A stretch of 64,000 nucleotides of DNA from Candidatus Latescibacterota bacterium (lineage in GTDB: Bacteria > Latescibacterota > UBA2968 > GCA-2709665), in contig CBDCOX010000002.1 of the NCBI GenBank assembly GCA_965219995.1, positions 2,112,001 through 2,176,000 on the forward strand, written 5' to 3'. The notes under the pieces were generated by a model that was given only the letters and a program-made list of their open reading frames with translations, searched no databases and had not been told where the DNA came from. This document shows positions 28,721 through 38,585 of this stretch, in pieces. Each line of letters opens with the position of its first letter. Within the stretch, counting starts at the first letter, position 1. Both the position numbers and the translations under genes were made by a program.

Positions 28721-29557
28721 TCAAGGCGCCTCGGGAACTTCCACCGGCAGGTCCAGCCGGTCGCCCCATTCCTTCCACGACCCGATATAGTTGCGCACAT
28801 TCTCATATCCCAGCAGGCGCAACGCCAGGTACGAATGGGAGGAACGGTACCCCCCCTGTCAGTAACACGCCACCGTCTGCTCCGGCATCACGCCCGCCCG
28901 TTCGTACATCGCACGCAGCTGTGCCGCCGGCTTGAACGCGCCCGACGCGTCCAGGTTGTTCAGGTACTCGATATGCACGGCATCGGGCAAAGCGCCGGCC
29001 CGGGCAGAGCGCGCCACCCGCCCGTAATATTCATCGCCGCTGCGCGTATCCAGCGGCACGAAATCCGTGCGTCCGAGCGAATCCCGAATCTCCTCGTAGC
29101 CGATATGGCGCCCCGCCACCGGTGAGGCCTCGAATGTGGCCGCATCCGGGACCGCGACCTCCCGCGTCGTCGCATATCCCGCCGCCCTCCAGGCCCCCAG
29201 CCCGCCATCCAGCACATGTACGTCCGTGTGTCCCAGATATTCGCAGATCCAGAAACCGCGCGCCGCCCGCATCCCCGAGTCGTTCTCGTAAAACACCACC
29301 GTGGCATCGGAGCCGATCCCCCGGCTTCCCATTAAGTACGACAGGGTCCACATGAAAGCCTCGAAAGCCTCCTGTCCGGTGTTGTTCAGACTGATTCCGT
29401 AGAGGTCCAGGTGCAGCGCACCGGGAATATGCCCCGATGTGTATTCGTGGGTGGGCCGGACGTCCACGATGCACGTCGCTCCGTCGTGGAGGCGACCCTG
29501 CAACTGCCGCGGCGTCATCAACAGATCAGAATTTGCATATCCCTTTTGATCCATCAC
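28721..29557 (-). CDS. Tandem-domain rhodanese/sulfurtransferase with probable selenocysteine (in-frame TGA 28859-28861)
   Basis: VDVR, GHIPGA, LDGG, LDTRS..EY.G; after TGA the frame continues [31 protein letters not shown]...EAP to a stop at 28721; 278 aa in total. Confidence 0.88.
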
Positions 29558-30636
29558 CGTCCCTCCTGCTCGAAGTAGGCATCGATTTCAATGCATCGCC
29601 CGCCCTGCCGGGCGGAATCCCATCCGGCCAGGACCGGCGCCAAGGAATACAGACCATCGTGATAATCGTTCAGGATACCCCCGGGGCGGCCCGAACGCAC
29701 GGCCTCCACGAAGACCCGGTCCTGCTCGAACCATGGGTCGAAATCCCGATCCCGATAGACCGTCTCGCCGTTCAAGTCGATTCGATCGTAATTGAATATC
29801 TCCATCCGCCCGCCCTCGAAGAAAAACGTGAACCACGGCTGCGGCGTTCCCGACGGGTCCGCCCGCACAAACGTCATCGTCATCGTCGCGCCGTTGTCCA
29901 TCAGGAAGTGGAATGACGACGAAAGCGGTTCGCTGAAGACGTCGGACTTTTCACAATAAAACGCCTGGACGCTCTCAACCTCCAATCCGGTCATAAACCG
30001 GGTGTAATCCACGGCGTGCACGCCCCAATCGAGCGCCGGACCTCCCGACTTGCCCATCTGGTACCACCACGACGTCCGGTCCTTCCGCGACTTCAACCGG
30101 GGCAGCCCCCCCACGGACCGAAACACCGCGTGTACGATCCGCTTCTCCGACAGAATGCGCCGCGCCTCCTGGAACAGCGGCCGATACCGTTCCCGAAAAC
30201 AGACCGTGCTCAACACGCCCGCCTCCCGAATCGCCCGGTCGATTTCCAGAGCCACGGCCATCCGAAGGGCCTGCGGCTTTTCGCTGAACAGATGAATCCC
30301 CCGGCGCACGGCCTCGATTTCGACGTCCGTGCGCGCAAAGGCCGGCACGACCGAAAAGAGCACGTCGAACCGCTCGTTCTCGACCATTTCGCGCCCGTCG
30401 GCATAGACCGCCGGTATGTCAAAGCGCTCTGCCGTACGACTCAGGGCCTCCGCGTCCACGTCGCATGCCGCCACGACGTCAACGCCCAGTTTTTTCAGGT
30501 TCGGAATATGGGTCTGGTTCGCCCATGACCCTGTGCCGTAAATCGCGGCGCGGACCGGCCTTCCGGAAGTCCTCGCCGAATCCGTCGGCAGGTCGTTGTC
30601 TTCCGGTCTCCCTGCCACGTCCCTACCCACTGGCAA
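29554..30636 (-). CDS. Gfo/Idh/MocA-family oxidoreductase
   Basis: IYGTGSWA, FSEKP, GGPALDWGVHAVD. Confidence 0.9.
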   Translation of the reverse strand: MPVGRDVAGRPEDNDLPTDSARTSGRPVRAAIYGTGSWANQTHIPNLKKLGVDVVAACDVDAEALSRTAERFDIPAVYADGREMVENERFDVLFSVVPAFARTDVEIEAVRRGIHLFSEKPQALRMAVALEIDRAIREAGVLSTVCFRERYRPLFQEARRILSEKRIVHAVFRSVGGLPRLKSRKDRTSWWYQMGKSGGPALDWGVHAVDYTRFMTGLEVESVQAFYCEKSDVFSEPLSSSFHFLMDNGATMTMTFVRADPSGTPQPWFTFFFEGGRMEIFNYDRIDLNGETVYRDRDFDPWFEQDRVFVEAVRSGRPGGILNDYHDGLYSLAPVLAGWDSARQGGRCIEIDAYFEQEGR

Positions 30637-31900
30637 GCGACTCCGCCGTCTGTACTATGGTTTGCTCCTCACCCTGGAATCTGGCCGGTTCACCATAATA
30701 GGGGTACGCGTTGGGCTCGTACCCGCCCTCCTCGTAGTGCCGGTCGGTACAAAGGTATCCGATCTCGTCGTTCGCGTATCCCACCGGCCACACATCGTCG
30801 GCGTCCACCATCCCCCTCAGCCGTTTCTCGATCGCGTGACCGATCTCCTGTACCGGCTCGCCGGGTATGGAAACGCAAGCCAGCGGACCCACCGCCATCA
30901 ACTGCATCTCCGTCGCGCGGCTGTCGGGAATGCCGCCGTTCTCGATCATCTCCAAGACGCTGTTCGCCCACGGTCCCGTCAGCAGGCGGCCTCTTGCGCT
31001 TTCGTCGTCCGCCATCTCTCGCAGTTTCTCAATCGGATCGTGCTCGCCGAATGAAATCTGTACGTCGGATCGCCGTGCGCTCAATTGCGAGGACCGCCGG
31101 GTCTTCAGGCTGCCGGCCACGCGTACCACCTCCCGCCCCAACTCCTCCCCGCACGCATCGAGTTCAGCCTTGCTGGCCGACTTGAAGCGCGCGGTGTCCG
31201 GGTCCACCACGGCCGGTCGGATATTGCCGAAGCACCCCGCCAGATACAAGGCTTTGCAACCCATGGACTCTTCAATTACCCTGCGGGCGATTCCGGCATA
31301 GTCCGGCGAAATATAGCCTTCGGACCCGCTCTTTGTCGTGGTATGGCAGGAGTAGTGAAACAGCACCGCCAGCGGCGCCCCATCCTCGGCTTCCACGAGA
31401 AGAACGCGGGCGCGCCGGTCCACGATACCGCCGAAATTCAACGTCATGCCGGAGGCGCCGGGCAATGGCCTGCGGCAGATATTGAAATGCGCCGAACCGC
31501 AGCCCACTCCGAACCGGACCGGCCTCAAATCCGCCGCCGCCCGCGCGATGCTGTCCGCGGTTGCGATCTCGATCATTTCCAGCCATCCGTCGGGCGGTTC
31601 CATGCCCAGCGCCGGCAGCGTGGCGGGCGCCGAGTGCGTGTGGCTGCATGCCAGCATCACGTGATCGCCCGGGATGCCGCACGCCGCGGTCACCCGCGCC
31701 CGGATCCGGTCGGTCGTCTCCTTTGCCACGCCGATGACGTCCAGGGTCGCGATCGCCGTCCTCGTCTCCCCTTCCTCGAACACGATCGCGCGGACTTCCA
31801 GCGGATACAGCACCGAATGGGACGGATTCGAGCTCCAATGCCCCTGAAGTACGGGACCCGGCTCAGGCGTAATATCTGCCGTCGCGACACCGCTTTTCAT
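30623..31900 (-). CDS. Neutral/alkaline ceramidase-like N-terminal domain protein
   Basis: GVATADITP, ACSHTHSAP, YSCH, ISPDY, IPGEP, GYAN..IGY, GGYE. Confidence 0.82.
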   Translation of the reverse strand: MKSGVATADITPEPGPVLQGHWSSNPSHSVLYPLEVRAIVFEEGETRTAIATLDVIGVAKETTDRIRARVTAACGIPGDHVMLACSHTHSAPATLPALGMEPPDGWLEMIEIATADSIARAAADLRPVRFGVGCGSAHFNICRRPLPGASGMTLNFGGIVDRRARVLLVEAEDGAPLAVLFHYSCHTTTKSGSEGYISPDYAGIARRVIEESMGCKALYLAGCFGNIRPAVVDPDTARFKSASKAELDACGEELGREVVRVAGSLKTRRSSQLSARRSDVQISFGEHDPIEKLREMADDESARGRLLTGPWANSVLEMIENGGIPDSRATEMQLMAVGPLACVSIPGEPVQEIGHAIEKRLRGMVDADDVWPVGYANDEIGYLCTDRHYEEGGYEPNAYPYYGEPARFQGEEQTIVQTAESLASG

Positions 31901-31948
31901 GGTTTTCTCCTTTGTCGTTTTCGTGCACAGGTATCCGGATTGGCACTC

Positions 31949-32299
31949 TTACGGTTGCCGGGAAATCCGGACACGCCCGCCACGGATTGTAACTATGGCC
32001 CGTTCCTCCAGGGCAGTCCGGTGTCGCTTAAGTGCGTCTGCCATCAGGGCGATTCGTTGTTCTGCCGGTACATCCGGGAGACGTACCAACCCCGCATGCT
32101 GAGCCTGCCTCACGTATACGAGCTCTCCGAAGTCAGTGTCAATCGTCACCAGAATCCTTCCGCCGGCAGCCGCGCGTTCCAGCAGTTCCCGATCGCCGGG
32201 GTCGTGCCCGAGTTCCCTGGAGTCGACGACGTTATGCCCCTGGCCGCGAAGCCATTCAGATAGGCGGTGGCCGGCGCACCTGTCAACGAGGAATCTCAC
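31949..32299 (-). CDS. DUF5615 PIN-like protein (putative toxin)
   Basis: MRFLVD, GHNV, RILVTIDTDFGEL. Confidence 0.88.
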   Translation of the reverse strand: MRFLVDRCAGHRLSEWLRGQGHNVVDSRELGHDPGDRELLERAAAGGRILVTIDTDFGELVYVRQAQHAGLVRLPDVPAEQRIALMADALKRHRTALEERAIVTIRGGRVRISRQP

Positions 32300-32547
32300 G
32301 GATGGGCGACCGAAACGGCATCCAGTGAATCATTGGCGATCACCGCATGGGCATAGGCAGCACATGCTCGAATATCATCCGGTTCGAGTTCAGGATAATC
32401 CGCCAAAATTGCATCGGTCGTTACACCCTTTGCCAGTAGACTCAGGACAATTTCGACCGAAATCCTCATATTTCGGATAATGGGTTTTCCGCCGAAGACA
32501 TCCGGGCGAGCGGTGATTCGGCATAGCAGTTCTGTATTGCTTTTCAT
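32296..32547 (-). CDS. DUF433 protein (putative antitoxin)
   Basis: RITARPDVFGGKPIIRNMRISVE...ILADYPELEPDDIRAC; GGAGG RBS; GTGA overlap with the PIN gene. Confidence 0.92.
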   Translation of the reverse strand: MKSNTELLCRITARPDVFGGKPIIRNMRISVEIVLSLLAKGVTTDAILADYPELEPDDIRACAAYAHAVIANDSLDAVSVAHP

Positions 32548-32769
32548 GTGACCTCCGACGGCCAGACGGTTCGGCGACCGGCAGAAGGTCCTCCCGTGCT
32601 GACTATTGGCATTGCCATGGTCAGAAATCAGGCGAGACGCCCTGCCACATATTGAGTCCAGTAGGCTCTTCACCGGAATATAACAGAGACGCGCCAAAAA
32701 AAAAAGTGCGAGTCAGAACGACTATGGATGATGCAGGCGCCCGTCATGTGCCGTCACCTAAAGAGAAAC

Positions 32770-32793
32770 GGCCTGTCTTCCAACTGACAGGCC
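32770..32793 (-). terminator. Intrinsic terminator after the RND permease
   Basis: GGCCTGTC-N8-GACAGGCC followed on the minus strand by GTTTCTCTTT. Confidence 0.65.
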
Positions 32794-32824
32794 AGTTCCA
32801 CATAAGATCGTTAAAGGGAATTCC

Positions 32825-35800
32825 TTAGTTCGCGTTTCGTTCGGCGCGTTTCTCCATCCACTCGTAGATCACCGGCAACAGGATCAGGGTCAGCAGGGTC
32901 GAGGTGATGAGGCCGCCAACCACGACGGAGGCGAGCGGACGCTGCGTCTCCGCGCCCACGCCGGAAGACAGCAACATCGGCATCAATCCCAGAATGGATG
33001 TGCCCGCGGTCATCAGGACGGGGCGCAGGCGAAGCGCTGCGCCCTGCCGTACCGCTTCCTCGACGGAAAGTCCCGTCTCTCTGAGTTCATTGATGAAGCT
33101 GACAAGAACGATGCCGTTCAACATGGCCACGCCGAATACGGTGATGAATCCGATCGCGGACGGGACCGACACGTATTGTCCGCTGATGAAGAGCGCAATC
33201 AATCCCCCGATGGTGGCAAACGGTACGTTGGCGATGATCAGCGTGGCATACTTCACCGAATTGAACGCGGTATACAGCAACACGAAAATGAAGAAAATCG
33301 TCAGCGGCACGATCACTGACAGTCTCGCCAGCGCGCGCTGCTGGTTCTCGAACGCGCCGCCCCACTCGATCCAGTACCCCGGCGGCAGATCGACCTGGTC
33401 CTGGATGGCCGCACTCGCGTCACGGACAAAGCCGTCGATATCACGGCCCCGGACGTCCATCTGAATGACCGCGTAGCGCTGCAGCTGCTCCCTGCGCACG
33501 AACGAATACCCCTGCGCGACGCTTACGTCGGTAACCTCCGACAGGGGGATGATGGCGCCAACGCTGGTTTTGAGCGGGATACGCCCGATGGCCTGCACCG
33601 AGGATTTCGACGCGTCGTCCAGCCGCGCCGTAATGTCGAACCGGCGGACGCCGTCGATCAGAGTGGACACGGGTTCGTTGCCGATGCCGGTCCGCACGAC
33701 CGACAACACCTCGTCGGTACTCAGGCCGAAACGCGCAAGGTGGTCCCGGCGGACCTGGAGGCGGATCTGAGGTTTGCCGATATTTGCCTCCAGCGAAAGA
33801 TCGGCCACGCCGTCCACCGATGCGATGACCTCCTTGATCCGGAGGCTCAACCGGTTGAGTTCCGCCAGGTCCTCACCGTAGATCTTGGCGGCGAGCGTGG
33901 CGCGAACGCCGGAAATGAGTTCCTCCACGCGCATCTGGATCGGTTGCGTAAAGGCCACCACGGCGGTCGGAACCACCTCCTCCAGCCTTTCCCGCATCGC
34001 TTCGGCGAGTTCCCCGATATCTCTGTCGCCAGGCCACTCGTCCTCCGGTTTGAGTTCGGTGTAAATCTCCATGTAATTCACGTCGGCCGTCTCGCCCTTT
34101 TCGGCGCGTCCGATCATGGCCACGGTGGTGTTGACTTCCGGGAATCCGGACAGGGCGTTCTCGATGTCCTTGGAAATCGCAATCGACTGATCGAGCGACG
34201 CGGACGGAATGGACGTGACGCGCCACATGATCGAGCCCTCCTGCAATTGCGGCATGAATTCCCTGCCGAGAAAGGGAAAGAGCGCGAGGCTCGCAGCCAG
34301 CAGCCCGACGGCGATTCGGACCACGATCTTCTTGTTCGCGAGGGCTCCGTAGAGGAGCGGCACATAGCGCGCCTTGACGACGCGAACCAGCCACGTATCC
34401 CGCTGCTCCTTCGGCTTGAGGATCAGCGCGGCCAGTACAGGTATCAGCGTAAGCGTCAGCACGAGCGAGCCGGCCATCGCGAAGCTGATATTGAACGCCA
34501 TGGGCTTGAAGAGTTTCCCTTCGAGACCCTCGAGCGCGAACAGCGGCAGAAAAACCACAATGATGATCATGATGGCGAAGGCGATCGGATTCGCCACGCT
34601 CCGCGCGGCTGCCAGCACGGCGCTGGAACGATCAACGGCCTGCCCGGCCTCCTTCCGCTCCGCCATGATGCGGAAGGCGTTCTCGACCACGACCACGGCG
34701 CCGTCGACGATCATGCCGATGCCGACCGCGAGTCCGGCCAGCGACATAAGGTTGGCGGAGAGTCCCGCCTGGTCCATGAAGATGAAGGCGACAAGCATCG
34801 CCAGCGGAATGGACGCGATAACTACCACTGCCGAACGGAGTTCGCCAAGGAAGAGGAACAACACGATGGCCACCACAACCGCGCCCTGCAGAAGCGCGTT
34901 TGTCGCCGTGGCCACCGACCGGTTCACCAGGTCCGTGCGCTCGTAAACCGGCCGCAACTTGACGCCTTCCGGCAGGGAACGGTCGACAATTGCGACTTTC
35001 TCCTTTACGGCATCGACCACGGCGGCGGCGTTTTCTCCGATGCGCGAAAGGGCCATACCGAGCACAACTTCCTTGCCGTCGCGGGTCACGGCGCCGAAGC
35101 GGAGGGCCCCTCCCTGCACAATGTCCGCGACGTGTCGGAGGTAGACCGGCGTGCCGTCCTCAACCTTGACGACCATCGCGCCGATGTCCTCTTCGTTTTC
35201 GACAAGGCCGAGCCCGCGCACCAGGAATTGCTCAGCGCCGAGGTTGACGTACTGGCCGCCGACCTGCCGGTTGTTGGCCTCGATCACTTCGATCACGTCG
35301 GTGAACGTGAGGTCGTACTCGATAAGACTCAAGGGATCGATGACAACCTGGTACTGACGTTCCTGCCCTCCCCAGGAAATCACATCGTCCACGCCAGGCG
35401 CGGTACGCAAAATCAAGCGGACGCTCCAGTCGTGGAGCGTCCGCAGATCCATGTCCGTAATCCCGGCATTCAGCTTTTCATCGGCCCGTTCGAGCGTGTA
35501 CCAGAAAACCTGCCCGAGTCCGGACGTATTCGGGCCCATCTCCGGCGTGCCGTACCCTTCGGGAATCCGGTCTCCGACTTCCTGGAGGCGTTCCATCACC
35601 AGGCGGCGCGCGAAGTAGATGTCCATGTCATCTTCGAAGTACACCGCTACGTACGAGAGGCCGAACAGGCTCACCGAGCGGATCTGCTTTACCCTTGGCA
35701 GGCCCGCCATTGCGGATTCGACGGGAAAGGTAAGTAGCTGCTCGACGTCCTCCGCCGCCAGACCCGGCGATTCGGTATAAATGTTGACCTGGGCGGGCGT

Positions 35801-35926
35801 TACGTCGGGGAATGCGTCGATCGGGACGGTCACAACCGCGCGCCAGCCCAGAAAGGCGACCACCCCGAAGGCGAGCAGCACAAGGACCTTGTAGCGCACC
35901 GAGGTTTCAACCAGCTTTTCTAACAC
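32825..35926 (-). CDS. CusA/CzcA-family heavy-metal efflux RND permease
   Basis: IDAFPDVT, GMIVDGAVVVVEN, EGKLFKPMA, RLRPVLMTA, GAETQRPLA; GTG start follows GAGGAG. Confidence 0.95.
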   Translation of the reverse strand: MLEKLVETSVRYKVLVLLAFGVVAFLGWRAVVTVPIDAFPDVTPAQVNIYTESPGLAAEDVEQLLTFPVESAMAGLPRVKQIRSVSLFGLSYVAVYFEDDMDIYFARRLVMERLQEVGDRIPEGYGTPEMGPNTSGLGQVFWYTLERADEKLNAGITDMDLRTLHDWSVRLILRTAPGVDDVISWGGQERQYQVVIDPLSLIEYDLTFTDVIEVIEANNRQVGGQYVNLGAEQFLVRGLGLVENEEDIGAMVVKVEDGTPVYLRHVADIVQGGALRFGAVTRDGKEVVLGMALSRIGENAAAVVDAVKEKVAIVDRSLPEGVKLRPVYERTDLVNRSVATATNALLQGAVVVAIVLFLFLGELRSAVVVIASIPLAMLVAFIFMDQAGLSANLMSLAGLAVGIGMIVDGAVVVVENAFRIMAERKEAGQAVDRSSAVLAAARSVANPIAFAIMIIIVVFLPLFALEGLEGKLFKPMAFNISFAMAGSLVLTLTLIPVLAALILKPKEQRDTWLVRVVKARYVPLLYGALANKKIVVRIAVGLLAASLALFPFLGREFMPQLQEGSIMWRVTSIPSASLDQSIAISKDIENALSGFPEVNTTVAMIGRAEKGETADVNYMEIYTELKPEDEWPGDRDIGELAEAMRERLEEVVPTAVVAFTQPIQMRVEELISGVRATLAAKIYGEDLAELNRLSLRIKEVIASVDGVADLSLEANIGKPQIRLQVRRDHLARFGLSTDEVLSVVRTGIGNEPVSTLIDGVRRFDITARLDDASKSSVQAIGRIPLKTSVGAIIPLSEVTDVSVAQGYSFVRREQLQRYAVIQMDVRGRDIDGFVRDASAAIQDQVDLPPGYWIEWGGAFENQQRALARLSVIVPLTIFFIFVLLYTAFNSVKYATLIIANVPFATIGGLIALFISGQYVSVPSAIGFITVFGVAMLNGIVLVSFINELRETGLSVEEAVRQGAALRLRPVLMTAGTSILGLMPMLLSSGVGAETQRPLASVVVGGLITSTLLTLILLPVIYEWMEKRAERNAN

Positions 35927-35934
35927 GGAGCTCC

Positions 35935-37056
35935 TCAATGCGCGTGGCCGCCGCCCAGCGAAGACTTGAGTAGCAGCGACTTCAAATGAAAGACGCCGGA
36001 AACCGCGATTTCGTCACCGGCCTGGAGTCCGGCTGAAACCACCGTCCAGTCGCCCACGGTTGCACCGGTGACGATCGATTCCGGGTGAAACTCATGGCCG
36101 GCCTTGACTCTGAACACGGTAGGGATATCGTCGATCATTGTCACAGCGGCGTTCGGTACGGCCAGCACCGGTTCCCCGACGCCCGTAACGATCTCCACCT
36201 CGACGAACTGTCGCTCGTGCAGCAGGTCCTCCTCGTTGTCCACTTCGATTCGAACGCCGTGGGTGCGGGTCTTCTCATCCACGCGGTGGTAGCGCTGAAC
36301 AACCGTACCCTCAAACCAGGTGACGCCGTCGGGACTGACCCGCGCCGAACTGCCCGCATGGATTTCGGGCGCACCCACCGCAATCGGTCTGGCTTCCACC
36401 CACATCACGGACTCGTCGCTGATATCGAATAGGACGCGCCCGGGCTCGATCAGTTCACCCACGATGAAGTTGTCCTGCAAAACCGTCCCGTCCTGCGGGG
36501 CAAACAGATCGAAGACGCCGCTGGCAATGTCCGCGTCGGTGATATTCATCAGGGCGTCCGCCTGCGCTTGCGTCATACCGTAGGCGAGTACCCTGGCCAG
36601 CGCCAGTTGCCGGGCCACGCGCGCCTCGGTGAAACGACGGTCGGACACGGATTCCGGTCCGAGGCTCCTGACGCGCTCCCATTCCCGGTTGGCAACGATC
36701 AATTCGCCCTGCGCTTCGGCCATGGCTACGCTCGAGAGGGTTACCATGGGCTGTCCGGCCGTTACCGTCTCACCGAGTATGACGTGCCGGGCGACGACCT
36801 GGGCGGTAATGCGGGGGGTGACGCGTGAGGACCTGTACACGTTGATCCCCACGTTGCCGGGGACGCGAATGGTCTCACCCAGTGCGCGCCGCGCAACGCT
36901 GTCGACGACAACGCCGGCAGCGCGCTGCTCATCGGCCGTCATTTCGACGATTCCGGCCGCTTCGCCTTCCGGATTCTCGTGGTCTGCTTCTTCCGCGAGA
37001 ACCGGGGCGATCATGGCCAGGATGAGACACGCCGCCCGGAGTGTCGGGGTGTTCAT
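35935..37056 (-). CDS. RND efflux periplasmic adaptor (CzcB-like)
   Basis: Signal peptide, APQDGTV, C-terminal GGGHAH; ATG 37056 follows GGAG. Confidence 0.9.
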   Translation of the reverse strand: MNTPTLRAACLILAMIAPVLAEEADHENPEGEAAGIVEMTADEQRAAGVVVDSVARRALGETIRVPGNVGINVYRSSRVTPRITAQVVARHVILGETVTAGQPMVTLSSVAMAEAQGELIVANREWERVRSLGPESVSDRRFTEARVARQLALARVLAYGMTQAQADALMNITDADIASGVFDLFAPQDGTVLQDNFIVGELIEPGRVLFDISDESVMWVEARPIAVGAPEIHAGSSARVSPDGVTWFEGTVVQRYHRVDEKTRTHGVRIEVDNEEDLLHERQFVEVEIVTGVGEPVLAVPNAAVTMIDDIPTVFRVKAGHEFHPESIVTGATVGDWTVVSAGLQAGDEIAVSGVFHLKSLLLKSSLGGGHAH

Positions 37057-37093
37057 GGATGTTTCTCCGTTCCTGTTCGGCAGATTTGACGAC

Positions 37094-38353
37094 TCACCGG
37101 TCCGCGCCGGTACCCAGCCAGACGTCGATCTGTCCGGATGCCGACAACCACTCAAACCATGCCCGCCAGACCGATTCCCGAAGGTCCAGCGCGCTCTCCC
37201 GCACATCCAGCGACTGCCCCGTATGCACAAGATAGTCCGTTGTGCCGATGTCGCCGGCTTTCCACAGCTTGCGAAGTTGTTCCTCTTGCCGCTCGAGGCT
37301 CGTCTGTCCGGTCTTCTGCCAATCTCTCCACGCGGCCAGCGCCAGCCGATAGCGCTCCATCGCGCTGATCAGGCGGGCGCGCGCCCGTTGCGACACGTCT
37401 TCGCCGGTCTGCTGCGCCGCGCGGTGGCCCGCCGCGGCCGCATCCACTTCATCGCCGAACCGATTGAGCAATGGCAGCGGGATTGACAATTCCGCAACCG
37501 TGAGCCGCTCGCCTGCCTCGCCGCCGCCCCCCAGGCTTAACGTCGGATCGGGACGCCGTTCCCTGCGCCGAAGCTCAACGAGAGCCTCGGCGGCATCCGC
37601 CCGGCGCCTGGCTGCGAGGACTTCCGGGAGCGCCTCGACCAGGGACTGAACGTCGGCGCCATCCGGCAGGTCAGGCAGAGATGCCGGCAGCGGAGGCCAC
37701 GTTGACACAGGCTGAACCGGAGCGAGACCGCGGACCGCCTGTCTCGCTTCGGCAAGCGACGCCGCTGCGGTGGCTCTCCTGATTCGGGCATCCACGGAAG
37801 CCAGCCGCGCAAGATCAAGTTCCACCCGGTTCACGTCGCCCGTCTCGAACCTGCGTTGTGCAAGCACCGCGAAGTCGTGCATCAGCTCTTGGCGCCGCGC
37901 TGCCAGGCTGTCGCGTTCGGCGCCGGTCCGGTGGGCGGCCAGACCGTTCAGCAGGTCGATGGTTACATCACGGCGCACGTGGGCGACCGCCGCCTCGGCG
38001 ACCCTCCACTCGGATTCCGCCACAGCAGTGCGGGCCCTGCCTTTTCCGCCCCAATCAATCGCATATCCGATGCCGATCCAGTAGCGGGTCTCGTGCGTCC
38101 TTTCGAAGTCCGCGTTGATCTCCGGGTTGTACAGCGGTCGGGATGCGGCGTCTCGATCGCTCCTTCTCGCCTCCAATGCGGCGCGAGCCGACTTCACCCG
38201 GGGATTCGCGTTGACGATCTTCTGAACGAACTCGCGGAGCGCAATCCCGGCCGGCGCATCGGTTGTACCTGCGTCGCCAGCGGCCCCGGCCACACACGGC
38301 GCGGCCATGATGGCGCCCATTCCGAGGATGAGCCCGTACGGTGAAATCCGCAT
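37094..38353 (-). CDS. TolC/CzcC-family outer-membrane efflux protein
   Basis: Signal peptide, PLYNPE, SIPLPLLNR, helical repeats; directly upstream of MFP and RND. Confidence 0.88.
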   Translation of the reverse strand: MRISPYGLILGMGAIMAAPCVAGAAGDAGTTDAPAGIALREFVQKIVNANPRVKSARAALEARRSDRDAASRPLYNPEINADFERTHETRYWIGIGYAIDWGGKGRARTAVAESEWRVAEAAVAHVRRDVTIDLLNGLAAHRTGAERDSLAARRQELMHDFAVLAQRRFETGDVNRVELDLARLASVDARIRRATAAASLAEARQAVRGLAPVQPVSTWPPLPASLPDLPDGADVQSLVEALPEVLAARRRADAAEALVELRRRERRPDPTLSLGGGGEAGERLTVAELSIPLPLLNRFGDEVDAAAAGHRAAQQTGEDVSQRARARLISAMERYRLALAAWRDWQKTGQTSLERQEEQLRKLWKAGDIGTTDYLVHTGQSLDVRESALDLRESVWRAWFEWLSASGQIDVWLGTGADR

Positions 38354-38585
38354 AGATCGGCTTCCGAGATTTGTGGGCGGCTGCGGGCTGACTTCGAACT
38401 CCGCATCAACAAAAAATGAACACACTATCGATAAGGCTTCAAGCCACGGACATAAATAGAGACGCCGGGACGAGAGAACTCGCCCCGACATCGTTAAACG
38501 CCTCCGCCGCGGCTGATCTACCGATTACCGGCAGATCCTCGCCAGCGGTATCTGGCTGGATCAGGTTAACTGATCGCCGCTGCCG

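Noticed and set aside
28859-28861. Genome-wide UGA reassignment to Trp or Gly
   Set aside because: TGA ends many full-length genes here and this one sits at a catalytic Cys position, which fits Sec better
33740-35737. 665-aa plus-strand ORF
   Set aside because: Antisense to the RND permease, which carries the family motifs
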